A DNA stretch of 25,704 nt. Origin: a virus (lineage: Duplodnaviria; Caudoviricetes). The notes beneath the pieces are model-generated. The model made no database searches and was not told the DNA's origin. It was given only the letters and a program-made list of their open reading frames with translations. The translations under genes and the position numbers were made by a program. Below are positions 1-7,828 of this stretch, in pieces. The stretch is from positions 1-25,704 of the IMG/VR virus record IMGVR_UViG_3300017965_000011; one strand, 5' to 3'. Each line of letters begins with the position of its first letter. Position 1 is the first letter of the stretch.

Positions 1-2
1 CA

Positions 3-260
3 CCTACTACTCCGAGGGCTCCCTCAACCCCGTCGACCCCGTCGACGACGCGGACGCCAGCGTCGACCCCAAGCACGCCAAGCACACCGCCGACGTCCCC
101 GACACCCCCCAGCACGCCGAGTACGCCGAGTACACCGAGCACGCCCTCAACCCCGTCAACCCCAAGCACGCCCTCAACGATGAGTCTACAGGCCCGTCAG
201 GCGGCCCTGGGGATTCGTGTGCTCGACGGCGGCCGGGCTGGCCGGGCTGGCCAGGTCTAA
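3..260 (+). CDS. 3' end of a gene running in from upstream; Pro-Ser-Thr repeat tail (possibly terminase small subunit C-terminus)
   Basis: Frame 3 reads PTTPRAPSTPSTPSTTRTPASTPSTPSTPPTSPTPPSTPSTPSTPSTPSTPSTPSTPSTMSLQARQAALGIRVLDGGRAGRAGQV-TAA(258-260). The PST triplet is conserved through synonymous codon changes (ccg agt acg / ccc tca acc / cca agc acg), which indicates this is the coding frame. Not in the ORF track. The TerS identity is a positional guess only. Confidence 0.65.
   Translation, partial: PTTPRAPSTPSTPSTTRTPASTPSTPSTPPTSPTPPSTPSTPSTPSTPSTPSTPSTPSTMSLQARQAALGIRVLDGGRAGRAGQV
18..179 (+). repeat. Degenerate 9-bp tandem repeat encoding (PST)n
   Basis: Units such as ccgagtacg, ccgagtaca, ccgagcacg, ccctcaacc, ccgtcaacc, ccaagcacg. 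Confidence 0.8.
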
Positions 261-309
261 CCAACCAGGCGGGAGACGGCAGGTAGGAAAGGGCAGGGGA
301 GCCTGAGAC

Positions 310-594
310 ATGAAGGGACTGACGTTCACCGACGAACAGTGCCCTAAGCGCGGGCCGGGACTCACCCATCGTTCCCAATCTGCCAGTTCCAGCACATGTG
401 ACACATGCTCGGCGACCCTTACGCCGGCAGCCAATCGTCAAAAGGTGCTCCAGCGTCGGCTCGCCGCGTTCATCGAGGCCAAGGTCGCCGAACTGCTCGA
501 GAACGGGTACCCACCCGAAGACCGCTACGACCCACAAGCCGAAGCAGCGGAAGCAGAAGCGGAACAACGGAGTAACCCAAACAGTGCCCCCTGA
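310..594 (+). CDS. Hypothetical 94-aa protein, possible Zn-binding C..H..CxxC
   Basis: ATG preceded by GGGGAG. Contains CPKR...H...CDTC and an acidic helical C-terminus. Its stop overlaps the start region of the next gene. Confidence 0.6.
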   Translation: MKGLTFTDEQCPKRGPGLTHRSQSASSSTCDTCSATLTPAANRQKVLQRRLAAFIEAKVAELLENGYPPEDRYDPQAEAAEAEAEQRSNPNSAP

Positions 595-1417
595 CACAAC
601 CACCGACGCGACGGACGGAGTGGAGATGCGCGACGGTACAACCGTCCGCGATCGTCGCCTTGGGCGCCTGATCCACTTCGACCCACGATCCCTGGACCAT
701 TCCATCCGACCTCTCCTGGCCGCAGCTGGCGCCCCACGCCGACAACGGAGTTACTCCTGGGCTCTAGGCCGCTCAGGCCTGGACAGGGCACAGCCCGGTA
801 CCTACATCCCCTTGGGTTCCACCGGAGGTCCCAGCGGACTCCCGATGGATCAAGGCAACGAAGGGGCGTGCACAGGGTTCGGATGGTCCCACGAACTGCT
901 CGGGAAGCCGAAGCCGGCTAACCCACAGCAGGTGACAGCGCGCTATGCCCGTGAACAGATCTACTGGGAAGCGCAGAAGATCGATCCGTGGCCGGGTGGT
1001 GCGTATCCGGGGCATGAAGCGGATGGCCCATTCGAAGAAGGGTCCAGTGTCCTCGCCGCAGCAAAGGTCTGCCAGGGGCTCGGACACTTCAAGGAATATC
1101 GGTGGGCTTTTGGACTCGACGACCTTATTCTTGCAGTGGGTTATGCAGGCCCTGCCGTTCTAGGGATCGCCTGGTACGACGGGATGTACGAGCCTGACGC
1201 CGAGGGCTACATCCACCCCACCGGCGAATTCATGGGCTACCACTGCATTGCCACAACAGCGGTCAGTGTGAGGACGAAGAGCTTTTGGCTTCCGAATAGC
1301 TGGGGCGACTGGGGGCCACAACGAGGCTGGTGCCGCCTGAGCTTCGATGACATGGACCGCCTCCTCCACGAGGAAGGCGAAGCCTGCATCCCCATCCAGC
1401 GTAACCTGCTGAAGTAG
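584..1417 (+). CDS. Papain-like (C1 family) cysteine peptidase
   Basis: Motifs DQGNEGAC(TGF) (oxyanion Gln + catalytic Cys), GYHC (His) and PNSWGDWG (Asn). Start moved from 398 to GTG 584 (GGAG at 569-572) because 398-583 overlaps the previous gene. Confidence 0.85.
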   Translation: MPPDTTTDATDGVEMRDGTTVRDRRLGRLIHFDPRSLDHSIRPLLAAAGAPRRQRSYSWALGRSGLDRAQPGTYIPLGSTGGPSGLPMDQGNEGACTGFGWSHELLGKPKPANPQQVTARYAREQIYWEAQKIDPWPGGAYPGHEADGPFEEGSSVLAAAKVCQGLGHFKEYRWAFGLDDLILAVGYAGPAVLGIAWYDGMYEPDAEGYIHPTGEFMGYHCIATTAVSVRTKSFWLPNSWGDWGPQRGWCRLSFDDMDRLLHEEGEACIPIQRNLLK

Positions 1418-1514
1418 CGGGTACAGGAACCATAGCCGTAACGGGCAGAGCCCACTTAGTCGGTGGCGGTAGCCGCACCGGTCCAGGCAGTGAAGCAAGT
1501 GAAGGGGTAACCCA

Positions 1515-1892
1515 GTGGCCGGTTCATACACAGTCGCTCATACCAAGACTGGGCAGGTCAGGCGGATCACAATTACCGCCACCGCCGATGCCAGTAATGG
1601 CTCGTACCCCGCTATCCCGGTTCCCGGTATCGACGGGCGCCTGATCCAGGTGGCTACGAACCCGGGCTCACCTGCGCCGACCGCGAACTGGGATCTCGCC
1701 CTGAACGACGAGGACGGCTTCGACCTTACCGGCGGCAACGGACAGAACCGCCACACGACCAACACCGAACAGGTCGCCCTCGACAAGTACATCTCCAACG
1801 ACGAAGGCCTGAGCCTGGTGATCACGGGCAACTCGGTGAACAGTGCCGTGATCGTTATTCGGCTCAAGTACGTCTCCCTCCTGCCCTACTAG
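1515..1892 (+). CDS. Hypothetical beta-rich protein, possibly virion-associated
   Basis: GTG with GAAGGGG upstream, good GC3 bias, Thr/Gly/Asn-rich beta-strand pattern. Confidence 0.75.
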   Translation: MAGSYTVAHTKTGQVRRITITATADASNGSYPAIPVPGIDGRLIQVATNPGSPAPTANWDLALNDEDGFDLTGGNGQNRHTTNTEQVALDKYISNDEGLSLVITGNSVNSAVIVIRLKYVSLLPY

Positions 1893-1929
1893 GGGCCGGC
1901 AAGCAGCACAAAGTAAGGAGGCGCGTACG

Positions 1930-2418
1930 ATGCGCCGATTCTATCTCGACCGCCAGCAGGACGTCTCAGGACGCTCGGGTACTGGCTACGTCGCCGAAGG
2001 AGTCGAGTACTCCGACGGCATAGTGGCGATGCGGTGGACGACCGCTACAGCCACTACCGTCCTCTTCAAGTCGATGGACGACGTCGAGAAGATCCACGGG
2101 CACGAGGGGCGGACAGTCATCTGCTACGTCGACGCCGTCCATTCCACTCCAGCCGATACCCAGAAGGACGCGTACGCAGTGGCCCAGGCCGAACTGGAGA
2201 CTGCCGAGGCAGGCGGCGGCCAGGCAAGCGGTAACGGCGCGATCGAACTGAACTACACCATGGCCGAGGGTACCGATCCTGAGGCACTCGCGCAAGGTAT
2301 CGCAGAGGCGCTGGGTCAGCAATTCCCTACGGTGCTCACCGACAGGACCCCCGAGATCGAAGTGGAAGCGATCCCTGAAGCAGAGATCGAGGAGTGGGTT
2401 GCTGCCGCGGCTCGCTAG
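1930..2418 (+). CDS. Conserved phage hypothetical protein with acidic C-terminal extension
   Basis: Strong RBS TAAGGAGG. The N-terminal pattern F.L.R..DVSG.SGTG.VAEGV.YSDG...RW...IHGH.G.T resembles a recurrent small actinophage-type family (from memory, not searched). Confidence 0.8.
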   Translation: MRRFYLDRQQDVSGRSGTGYVAEGVEYSDGIVAMRWTTATATTVLFKSMDDVEKIHGHEGRTVICYVDAVHSTPADTQKDAYAVAQAELETAEAGGGQASGNGAIELNYTMAEGTDPEALAQGIAEALGQQFPTVLTDRTPEIEVEAIPEAEIEEWVAAAAR

Positions 2419-2460
2419 CGCCAGCGTTCGCGCGACGCACCCACGTCGGACCGACTAACT

Positions 2461-4086
2461 GTGTTCGTCCCCGCGCCGGCGCTCGAAACCGAGGTTCCGC
2501 ATAAGAAGGCTCGCCCGTTCGAGCTACCTGAAAGTTACCACGGTTCGGTCTTTGGCTCGATTGCCGACCTCCTGGATCCTCCCATTGACTTGTGGTGGAT
2601 GGATCCGAATGCCTGGGCGGCAGCGAACATCGATGGTTGGGACCCCGCGCCTTACCAGGCCGAGTGCCTTTTGCACTTGGCAACACATCACCGCGTTAGT
2701 GAGCGTGGTCCCCACGGACTGGGCAAGTCGTCGATGGCTGCCATTGCGGTCCTGTGGTTCGTGGATACGCGCGATCGGCGCGGAGTTGACTGGAAGGTTG
2801 TCACTACAGCCTCGGTGTGGCGCCAGCTGACTCACTTCCTCTGGCCTGAGATTCGGAAGTGGGCTGGTAAGCTCAAGCACCGGAAGTTCACCAAGTTCGA
2901 ACTTCTGACACTCGAGATCAAACTCAAGACCGGCAGCGCTTTTGCCATTGCCTCAGACGAGCCCGAGAACCTTGAAGGTGCGCACGCGGATCATATCCTC
3001 TACGTGATTGACGAGGGTAAGAATGTACCGACACCTACCTGGGACGCTATCGAGGGTGCCCTCAGCACGGGTGAGGCGTACTGTCTTGCTATTTCCACAC
3101 CTGGTAAAGCAGAAGGCCGATTCTACGAGATCCAAACCCGTAAGCCCGGAACCGAAGACTGGTGGGTCAAGCACGTAACTCTCCAGGAGGCCATTGACTC
3201 CGGTCGAATCAACCCAGCGTGGGCGGAGCAGCGTAAGAAGCTGTGGGGTGCTACTTCACAGACTTACCTGAATCGTGTGCTCGGTGAGTTCGCTACGGAC
3301 GATGCCCTTACGAACGTCATCCCGCTGACGTGGGTCGAATCGGCCAACGAGCGGTGGCTTGAGCTTTACGCCCGGGACAGGCACACCCGCACGTCTCTTC
3401 CGAGACATCCCGACCCAGAGGTCATGTTCGAGCAGGTCTACTTGCGGAACATTGGTGTCGACGTTGCGTATATGGGCGACGACATGACGATCCTCGCCCC
3501 CCTGTACAGTAACGATTCCATTCCGTACATCGAGTCGTTCAGCCGTATCGACACCCAGAACACTGCAGGTAAGGTCGCCGCGAAGTTGAAGAGGGCGAGG
3601 ATCCTGGCAGATGAAGCAGCGACAGCAGGGCTTTCGCGACCCCCGGAAGCGTACGCGACCATCGACATCATCGGTGTTGGTACGGGCGTTGTCGACGCAG
3701 TACGCGTCCAGGGACTGGCGGTGGATGCGTTCAACGGCTCGGAAGGGTCCGACAAGACCGACATCACGCGCGAACTCGGGTTCATCAACAGGCGGGCGGA
3801 AGCGTGGTGGAAGCTCCGTGAGGCACTCGACCCTGCGTTTCATCCCACCTTGGCCCTTCCCCCGGATGACGTCCTCATCGGAGACCTGACCGCTCCGACT
3901 TGGAGTACGACGGCCCGAGGTAAGGTCCAGATCGAGACTAAGGACCAGATCAAGGCGCGCCTCGGACGATCCCCGGACAAGGGAGACGCTGTAGCCCAGG
4001 CTGTCGACGGCCGGTCTCCTCAGGGTCCGCTTACCACTCTCAGCTTCGTGTCGTTCGACAAGACCTCAGCGTGGGGCACTACCTAG
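2461..4086 (+). CDS. terL: Terminase large subunit
   Basis: Walker A GPHGLGKS, Walker B LYVIDEG, motif III ISTP, nuclease motifs GVDVAYMGDD and GRSPDKGDA. Start codon uncertain (no clear RBS). Confidence 0.95.
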   Translation: MFVPAPALETEVPHKKARPFELPESYHGSVFGSIADLLDPPIDLWWMDPNAWAAANIDGWDPAPYQAECLLHLATHHRVSERGPHGLGKSSMAAIAVLWFVDTRDRRGVDWKVVTTASVWRQLTHFLWPEIRKWAGKLKHRKFTKFELLTLEIKLKTGSAFAIASDEPENLEGAHADHILYVIDEGKNVPTPTWDAIEGALSTGEAYCLAISTPGKAEGRFYEIQTRKPGTEDWWVKHVTLQEAIDSGRINPAWAEQRKKLWGATSQTYLNRVLGEFATDDALTNVIPLTWVESANERWLELYARDRHTRTSLPRHPDPEVMFEQVYLRNIGVDVAYMGDDMTILAPLYSNDSIPYIESFSRIDTQNTAGKVAAKLKRARILADEAATAGLSRPPEAYATIDIIGVGTGVVDAVRVQGLAVDAFNGSEGSDKTDITRELGFINRRAEAWWKLREALDPAFHPTLALPPDDVLIGDLTAPTWSTTARGKVQIETKDQIKARLGRSPDKGDAVAQAVDGRSPQGPLTTLSFVSFDKTSAWGTT

Positions 4087-4096
4087 TCGTCGTCGT

Positions 4097-4131
4097 GCAG
4101 GGCAGTTCTTCCTCCATCCGGACTGCCCTGC
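4097..4131 (+). terminator. GC-rich hairpin after terL (12-bp stem, loop TTCCTCCATCC); terminator or regulatory
   Basis: GCAGGGCAGTTC / GGACTGCCCTGC with one G-U pair. No classical U-tract. Confidence 0.6.
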
Positions 4132-4147
4132 TCCCTTAAAGGACGTC

Positions 4148-4177
4148 TTGGCATTCGCTGGGGACCTGTTATATAAT
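4148..4177 (+). promoter_or_regulatory. Sigma70-type promoter, probably giving a leaderless mRNA starting at ATG 4184
   Basis: TTGGCA (4148-4153), 18 nt, TATAAT (4172-4177). An in-frame ATG starts 7 nt after the -10 box, with no SD. Confidence 0.75.
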
Positions 4178-4183
4178 GATGAC

Positions 4184-5029
4184 ATGACCGGGATGACCTA
4201 CCGGGAGCCTCGGCTCCAGCAGCAGATCAACCAGTTCGACCCGTATGGCGGAAAGAACTGCACTGCGTATTGCGCCGCAATGGCAGCAGACGCAGACAGT
4301 CGCGGTAAGTACGCCTACACGGGGGCGCAGGTTCGTCGGTCGACAAACGAGCCGTACCCCGACCCCGACTCTCCAGGATTGACACTCGGCCAGGTCGATA
4401 CTGCCCTTTACAAGATGTCTGGGGGCGACGTCAACCTCGACGTCCACTACGGCATCTCCGACGACACCACGATGGCACGACTCCGCGCAGGGCAGTGGGC
4501 GATCGTTCAGGTGCAGCGATCCGTCCTCCGCAAGTACGGGTACGGCGAAGAGAAGCCGTTCGGTGCCGGGCACGCCATCATCGCCGGATACCGACAGACG
4601 GATAAGGTCCCGATTATCGGCGACCCGCTGATCTCGTACTGGATGCCGTTGGAGAAGTGGTCTCACCTCTTCGAGGCAGCAGGGCAGCTGGTCATCCGTC
4701 CTCGAACAGGCGAACGTCTTGGATATGGGCGAGTTTACGCCGCCTTTACGCGCGACGTCTACAGTGTGTCGGTGCCGACACCAGTCCCGTCCCATTACAA
4801 CGCCTTCTTCGAAGCCGGTTCCTTCTGGCTCTACACCGTTGTTAACGGCGTCATCACTAAACGTGAGGCACGCCGGTTCGAGCAGGACACCAGCGCCCCA
4901 TGCACAGCGGCAACGTTTTTCCCGTGGCCAGGCAACACTCAGCGTCGGTTGGCGCGCATCCTTAAGGGCGTTCTAGCCGGGAGTTATGTCGAACCCGGCT
5001 CGACCAACGTCGTCGTACGGGCAGCATAG
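4184..5029 (+). CDS. C39-like (papain-fold) peptidase with C-terminal domain; putative endolysin
   Basis: Q...NCTAYCAAMA (Cys), GHAIIAGY (His), IIGDPL (Asp); PTPVP linker then a ~75-aa C-terminal domain; lies upstream of a holin-like gene. Start reassigned to ATG 4184. Confidence 0.7.
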   Translation: MTGMTYREPRLQQQINQFDPYGGKNCTAYCAAMAADADSRGKYAYTGAQVRRSTNEPYPDPDSPGLTLGQVDTALYKMSGGDVNLDVHYGISDDTTMARLRAGQWAIVQVQRSVLRKYGYGEEKPFGAGHAIIAGYRQTDKVPIIGDPLISYWMPLEKWSHLFEAAGQLVIRPRTGERLGYGRVYAAFTRDVYSVSVPTPVPSHYNAFFEAGSFWLYTVVNGVITKREARRFEQDTSAPCTAATFFPWPGNTQRRLARILKGVLAGSYVEPGSTNVVVRAA

Positions 5030-5041
5030 GGAGGTCTGCAC

Positions 5042-5191
5042 GTGGGGACAAGGGACACGAGGATTCACACCGAGCCGGAGCCCGGAGGGGCATGGCCTGA
5101 GCCCGGTGACGAGTCCGAACTGGATCCGGACCCGGCTACTGAGGACGACGGTCCGAAGAATGACGAAGTGCCTGTGGAGGAGAACGGTTAA
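5042..5191 (+). CDS. Unannotated 49-aa highly acidic, Pro-rich peptide
   Basis: RBS GGGAGGT (5029-5035), GTG 5042, MGTRDTRIHTEPEPGGAWPEPGDESELDPDPATEDDGPKNDEVPVEENG. Its TAA overlaps the next ATG (TAATG). Confidence 0.75.
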   Translation: MGTRDTRIHTEPEPGGAWPEPGDESELDPDPATEDDGPKNDEVPVEENG

Positions 5192-5745
5192 TGCTCGAGC
5201 AAGATCCCGTAACAATCATCATCTACGCGTTCGTGCCGCTGATCGCGTCGCTGGTCAAGCAGTCGGGGTTCACGCCGCAGGTTAACGCGCTGATCGCGTT
5301 CGGCGTGTACATCGTGGCAGGTATCCTCGGGGTGATCTATTCCGGTGTGGAGCTAACGGCTACAACGGCCATCTCCGCGATCGCGATGTCGACGATCACC
5401 GGTTCGGTTGCCTACAAGCTGTTCTGGACGAACCTTGGCCGGACGTCAGAGGGCGACCAGAGCGTCGAGGAGCGGCTGACGGAGATGACCTCGATCGTCA
5501 AGCCCGCCGTCAATGAACGGGAAGCTAACGCCGTCGTTCAGCCGGCGATCTCCGGAACACTGACGGCCGAGCAGGCAGCCGAGGTTCAGGCCCTCATCCA
5601 GGACGCCGTGTCCAAGACGCAGCGGCCATCAGACCCAATCATGGTGGCGACGACGAACCCGGAGGGCCTAGCAGCCGCGAGGGCGGCTGCGAAGGCTCCC
5701 AGTCGACCCCGTGGTACTGGCGGTAAGTTCACCAAGAACCAGTAG
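5191..5745 (+). CDS. Holin-like membrane protein with long soluble C-terminal tail
   Basis: Three hydrophobic segments in the first ~80 aa, RBS GGAGGAG, follows the putative endolysin. Confidence 0.7.
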   Translation: MLEQDPVTIIIYAFVPLIASLVKQSGFTPQVNALIAFGVYIVAGILGVIYSGVELTATTAISAIAMSTITGSVAYKLFWTNLGRTSEGDQSVEERLTEMTSIVKPAVNEREANAVVQPAISGTLTAEQAAEVQALIQDAVSKTQRPSDPIMVATTNPEGLAAARAAAKAPSRPRGTGGKFTKNQ

Positions 5746-5752
5746 ACCTCGT

Positions 5753-5792
5753 CGGTGGCGTCCCGGTTGCCCCCTCCTCCGGGACGCCACCG
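5753..5792 (+). terminator. Perfect 14-bp hairpin after holin (loop TTGCCCCCTCCT)
   Basis: CGGTGGCGTCCCGG / CCGGGACGCCACCG followed by TTAACTT. Confidence 0.7.
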
Positions 5793-5850
5793 TTAACTTA
5801 GCCGGTTCGGTACACTCCATCCACTAGTCCCTCTTAGCCGGTGAGATAAA

Positions 5851-7722
5851 GTGCCCGAACTGCCCCAGTCACAGCAAGGTGTTCTCGGTGTAACCGGGCT
5901 CCCCATGTGGGGCGGTCTCGTCCAGAACGAGTATCTTCGGGAACTCGAGGGCGACCGAGCAGTCCACGTCTTCCGGGAGATGTCAGAGGATCCCATCATC
6001 GGTGGGATCCTCTTGGCTATCGAGCTCCTGGTCCGTCGCGTTACCTTCCCCGTCGTACCGGCAAACCTTGGCGACAGTGCATCTGAGGCCGATAAGCAGA
6101 AGGCCCTCGATACCGCCGAGTTTGTCGACCAGTGTCTCGGGGATATGCGCCCCGACTGGGGTACTACGCTCTCCCAGATCCTGTCGATGATCCCCTACGG
6201 GTGGTCGTACTTCGAGACGGTGTACAAGGTTCGCGAAGGGCAGGTTCTGGACAGCCGAGGAATCCCCGACCCGTTTATCAGTTCCAAGTATGATGACGGG
6301 CGAATCGGTTGGCGGACATGGGCAGTCCGAGGACAGGAAACCCGAGACCGTTGGGAATACGATCCGGGTACCGGTGATACTCTCGGTATGTGGCAGCTGG
6401 CCCCACCGGAATACAAGCAGGTCTACATCCCGATTCAGAAGGCCCTGCACTTCCGGCTACGTGCAGTCGAGGGGAACCCGGAAGGCTACTCCCTTCTTCG
6501 CCATGCCTATCGCCCCTGGTACTTCAGGAAGAACATCGAGAAGGTCGAGGGCATCGGCATTGAGCGCGACCTTGCCGGTCTTCCGACTGCCTGGCTTCCT
6601 CCTGAGTATATGGCCGATGATGCCGATGATGGCAAGAAGGCCTTGTACGCTATGGTCAAGAAGATCGTCACCCAGATCCGGCGTGACGAGAGCGAGGGCC
6701 TAGTCTTCCCGCTGGCCCATGACGATAAGGGGCACCAGCTCTTCGACTTCAAACTTATGACCTCTGGTGGGGCGCGGCAGTTCGACACCAACAAGATCAT
6801 CATGCGGTACGACCAGCGTATCGCGATGTCCTTCCTGGCCGACTTCCTCCTTCTTGGCCACGAGTCCGTTGGGTCGTTCGCTCTTGCCTCAAGTAAGACC
6901 GAACTCTTCGCTCGCGCAGTCGGGGCCATCCTCGATTCCATGTGCGACACCATCAACATTAACGCGATCCCGACCCTGATCGCGTTCAACAACATCTCGC
7001 CGAAGTACATTCCCACCCTTACTCACGGCGACATGTCCGCGCCGGATCTCAACGAGCTGGGTACCTTCATTCAGCGCCTGTCGTTGGCAGGGTTCGACTT
7101 CACGAACGAGCGGGCGGTATCCCAGTACCTCCTGGAGGCGGCGGGCCTTCCGACCCTCAGTGACGAAGGCGAGGAACTGGATCTTCTGCCCTCCGGATAT
7201 CCGGGGACGGATCTTCGAGGCGACCCGTATAAGATCGGGCCTGATGCCACCCGCGTTCCACCACCGGTGCCGGTTACCGTTGTTCCGGCTGAAGCACCTG
7301 CGGCCGGAGGAGCAGGAGCTGGTGCCGGTGGTGGAGGTGGGGCACAGAATAGGCGTGCTCCTACTCGTACGCGGTCTCCTGAGACCCAGGCCAAGCCCCC
7401 GGCGCCCCCTGCAGCACGAAATGCCGCCGAGCCGGATGGCGTAGAGGAAGAGGAATTCGCCGCCGAGGTGATCATCGAGAAGATCCCCGGTCAGACGGCA
7501 TCCATCATCCACGCCCTCCTCGATGCGGGGTTTGCCGCTCCGGTGATCACGAAGGCCCTTCGTGTCCGACCCCAACACGTCCACGAAGTACGCCGCCGGA
7601 GGGCCAGGGCGCGGGCTCGTCAGGATGCGATGAGTCCGGCAACCATGCAGTCGGTCATGGATGCCATTGCCGGGGCTGAGCCGGACTCCGAGCCGAACTT
7701 CGACCTGGACCGCGACCTGTAG
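5851..7722 (+). CDS. Portal protein (Mu gp29/DUF935-like) with low-complexity linker and C-terminal HTH-like domain
   Basis: Position after terL. Motifs YGWSYFETVY, GNPEGYSLLR, GIERDLAGLP, GSFALASSK. The last ~190 aa are Pro/Ala/Gly-rich followed by a helical basic segment. Confidence 0.9.
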   Translation: MPELPQSQQGVLGVTGLPMWGGLVQNEYLRELEGDRAVHVFREMSEDPIIGGILLAIELLVRRVTFPVVPANLGDSASEADKQKALDTAEFVDQCLGDMRPDWGTTLSQILSMIPYGWSYFETVYKVREGQVLDSRGIPDPFISSKYDDGRIGWRTWAVRGQETRDRWEYDPGTGDTLGMWQLAPPEYKQVYIPIQKALHFRLRAVEGNPEGYSLLRHAYRPWYFRKNIEKVEGIGIERDLAGLPTAWLPPEYMADDADDGKKALYAMVKKIVTQIRRDESEGLVFPLAHDDKGHQLFDFKLMTSGGARQFDTNKIIMRYDQRIAMSFLADFLLLGHESVGSFALASSKTELFARAVGAILDSMCDTININAIPTLIAFNNISPKYIPTLTHGDMSAPDLNELGTFIQRLSLAGFDFTNERAVSQYLLEAAGLPTLSDEGEELDLLPSGYPGTDLRGDPYKIGPDATRVPPPVPVTVVPAEAPAAGGAGAGAGGGGGAQNRRAPTRTRSPETQAKPPAPPAARNAAEPDGVEEEEFAAEVIIEKIPGQTASIIHALLDAGFAAPVITKALRVRPQHVHEVRRRRARARARQDAMSPATMQSVMDAIAGAEPDSEPNFDLDRDL

Positions 7723-7765
7723 AATAGTAGAACAACAGTGTGCTAGGTAGGCCGTAAAGGCCCTA

Positions 7766-7795
7766 TTGCGTTTTCCCTGTGGACCCCGCTATAAT
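7766..7795 (+). promoter_or_regulatory. Sigma70-type promoter for head genes, embedded in a long hairpin
   Basis: TTGCGT (7766-7771), 18 nt, TATAAT (7790-7795). RBS GAGG at 7818-7821. Confidence 0.75.
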
Positions 7796-7828
7796 GGGGG
7801 TAGAGCGGAACCCACTTGAGGAAACGCA

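Noticed and set aside
2-285. Frame-2 reading of the first ORF (TYYSEGSLNPVDP...)
   Set aside because: It is also open, but the repeat is degenerate in this frame while frame 3 conserves PST through synonymous changes.
398-583. N-terminal extension of the C1 peptidase ORF
   Set aside because: It overlaps the 310-594 gene and reads as Arg/Ser-rich off-frame sequence. GTG 584 has an SD.
4148-4183. TTG start for the C39-like gene
   Set aside because: This TTG is the -35 box of the promoter. ATG 4184 fits better.
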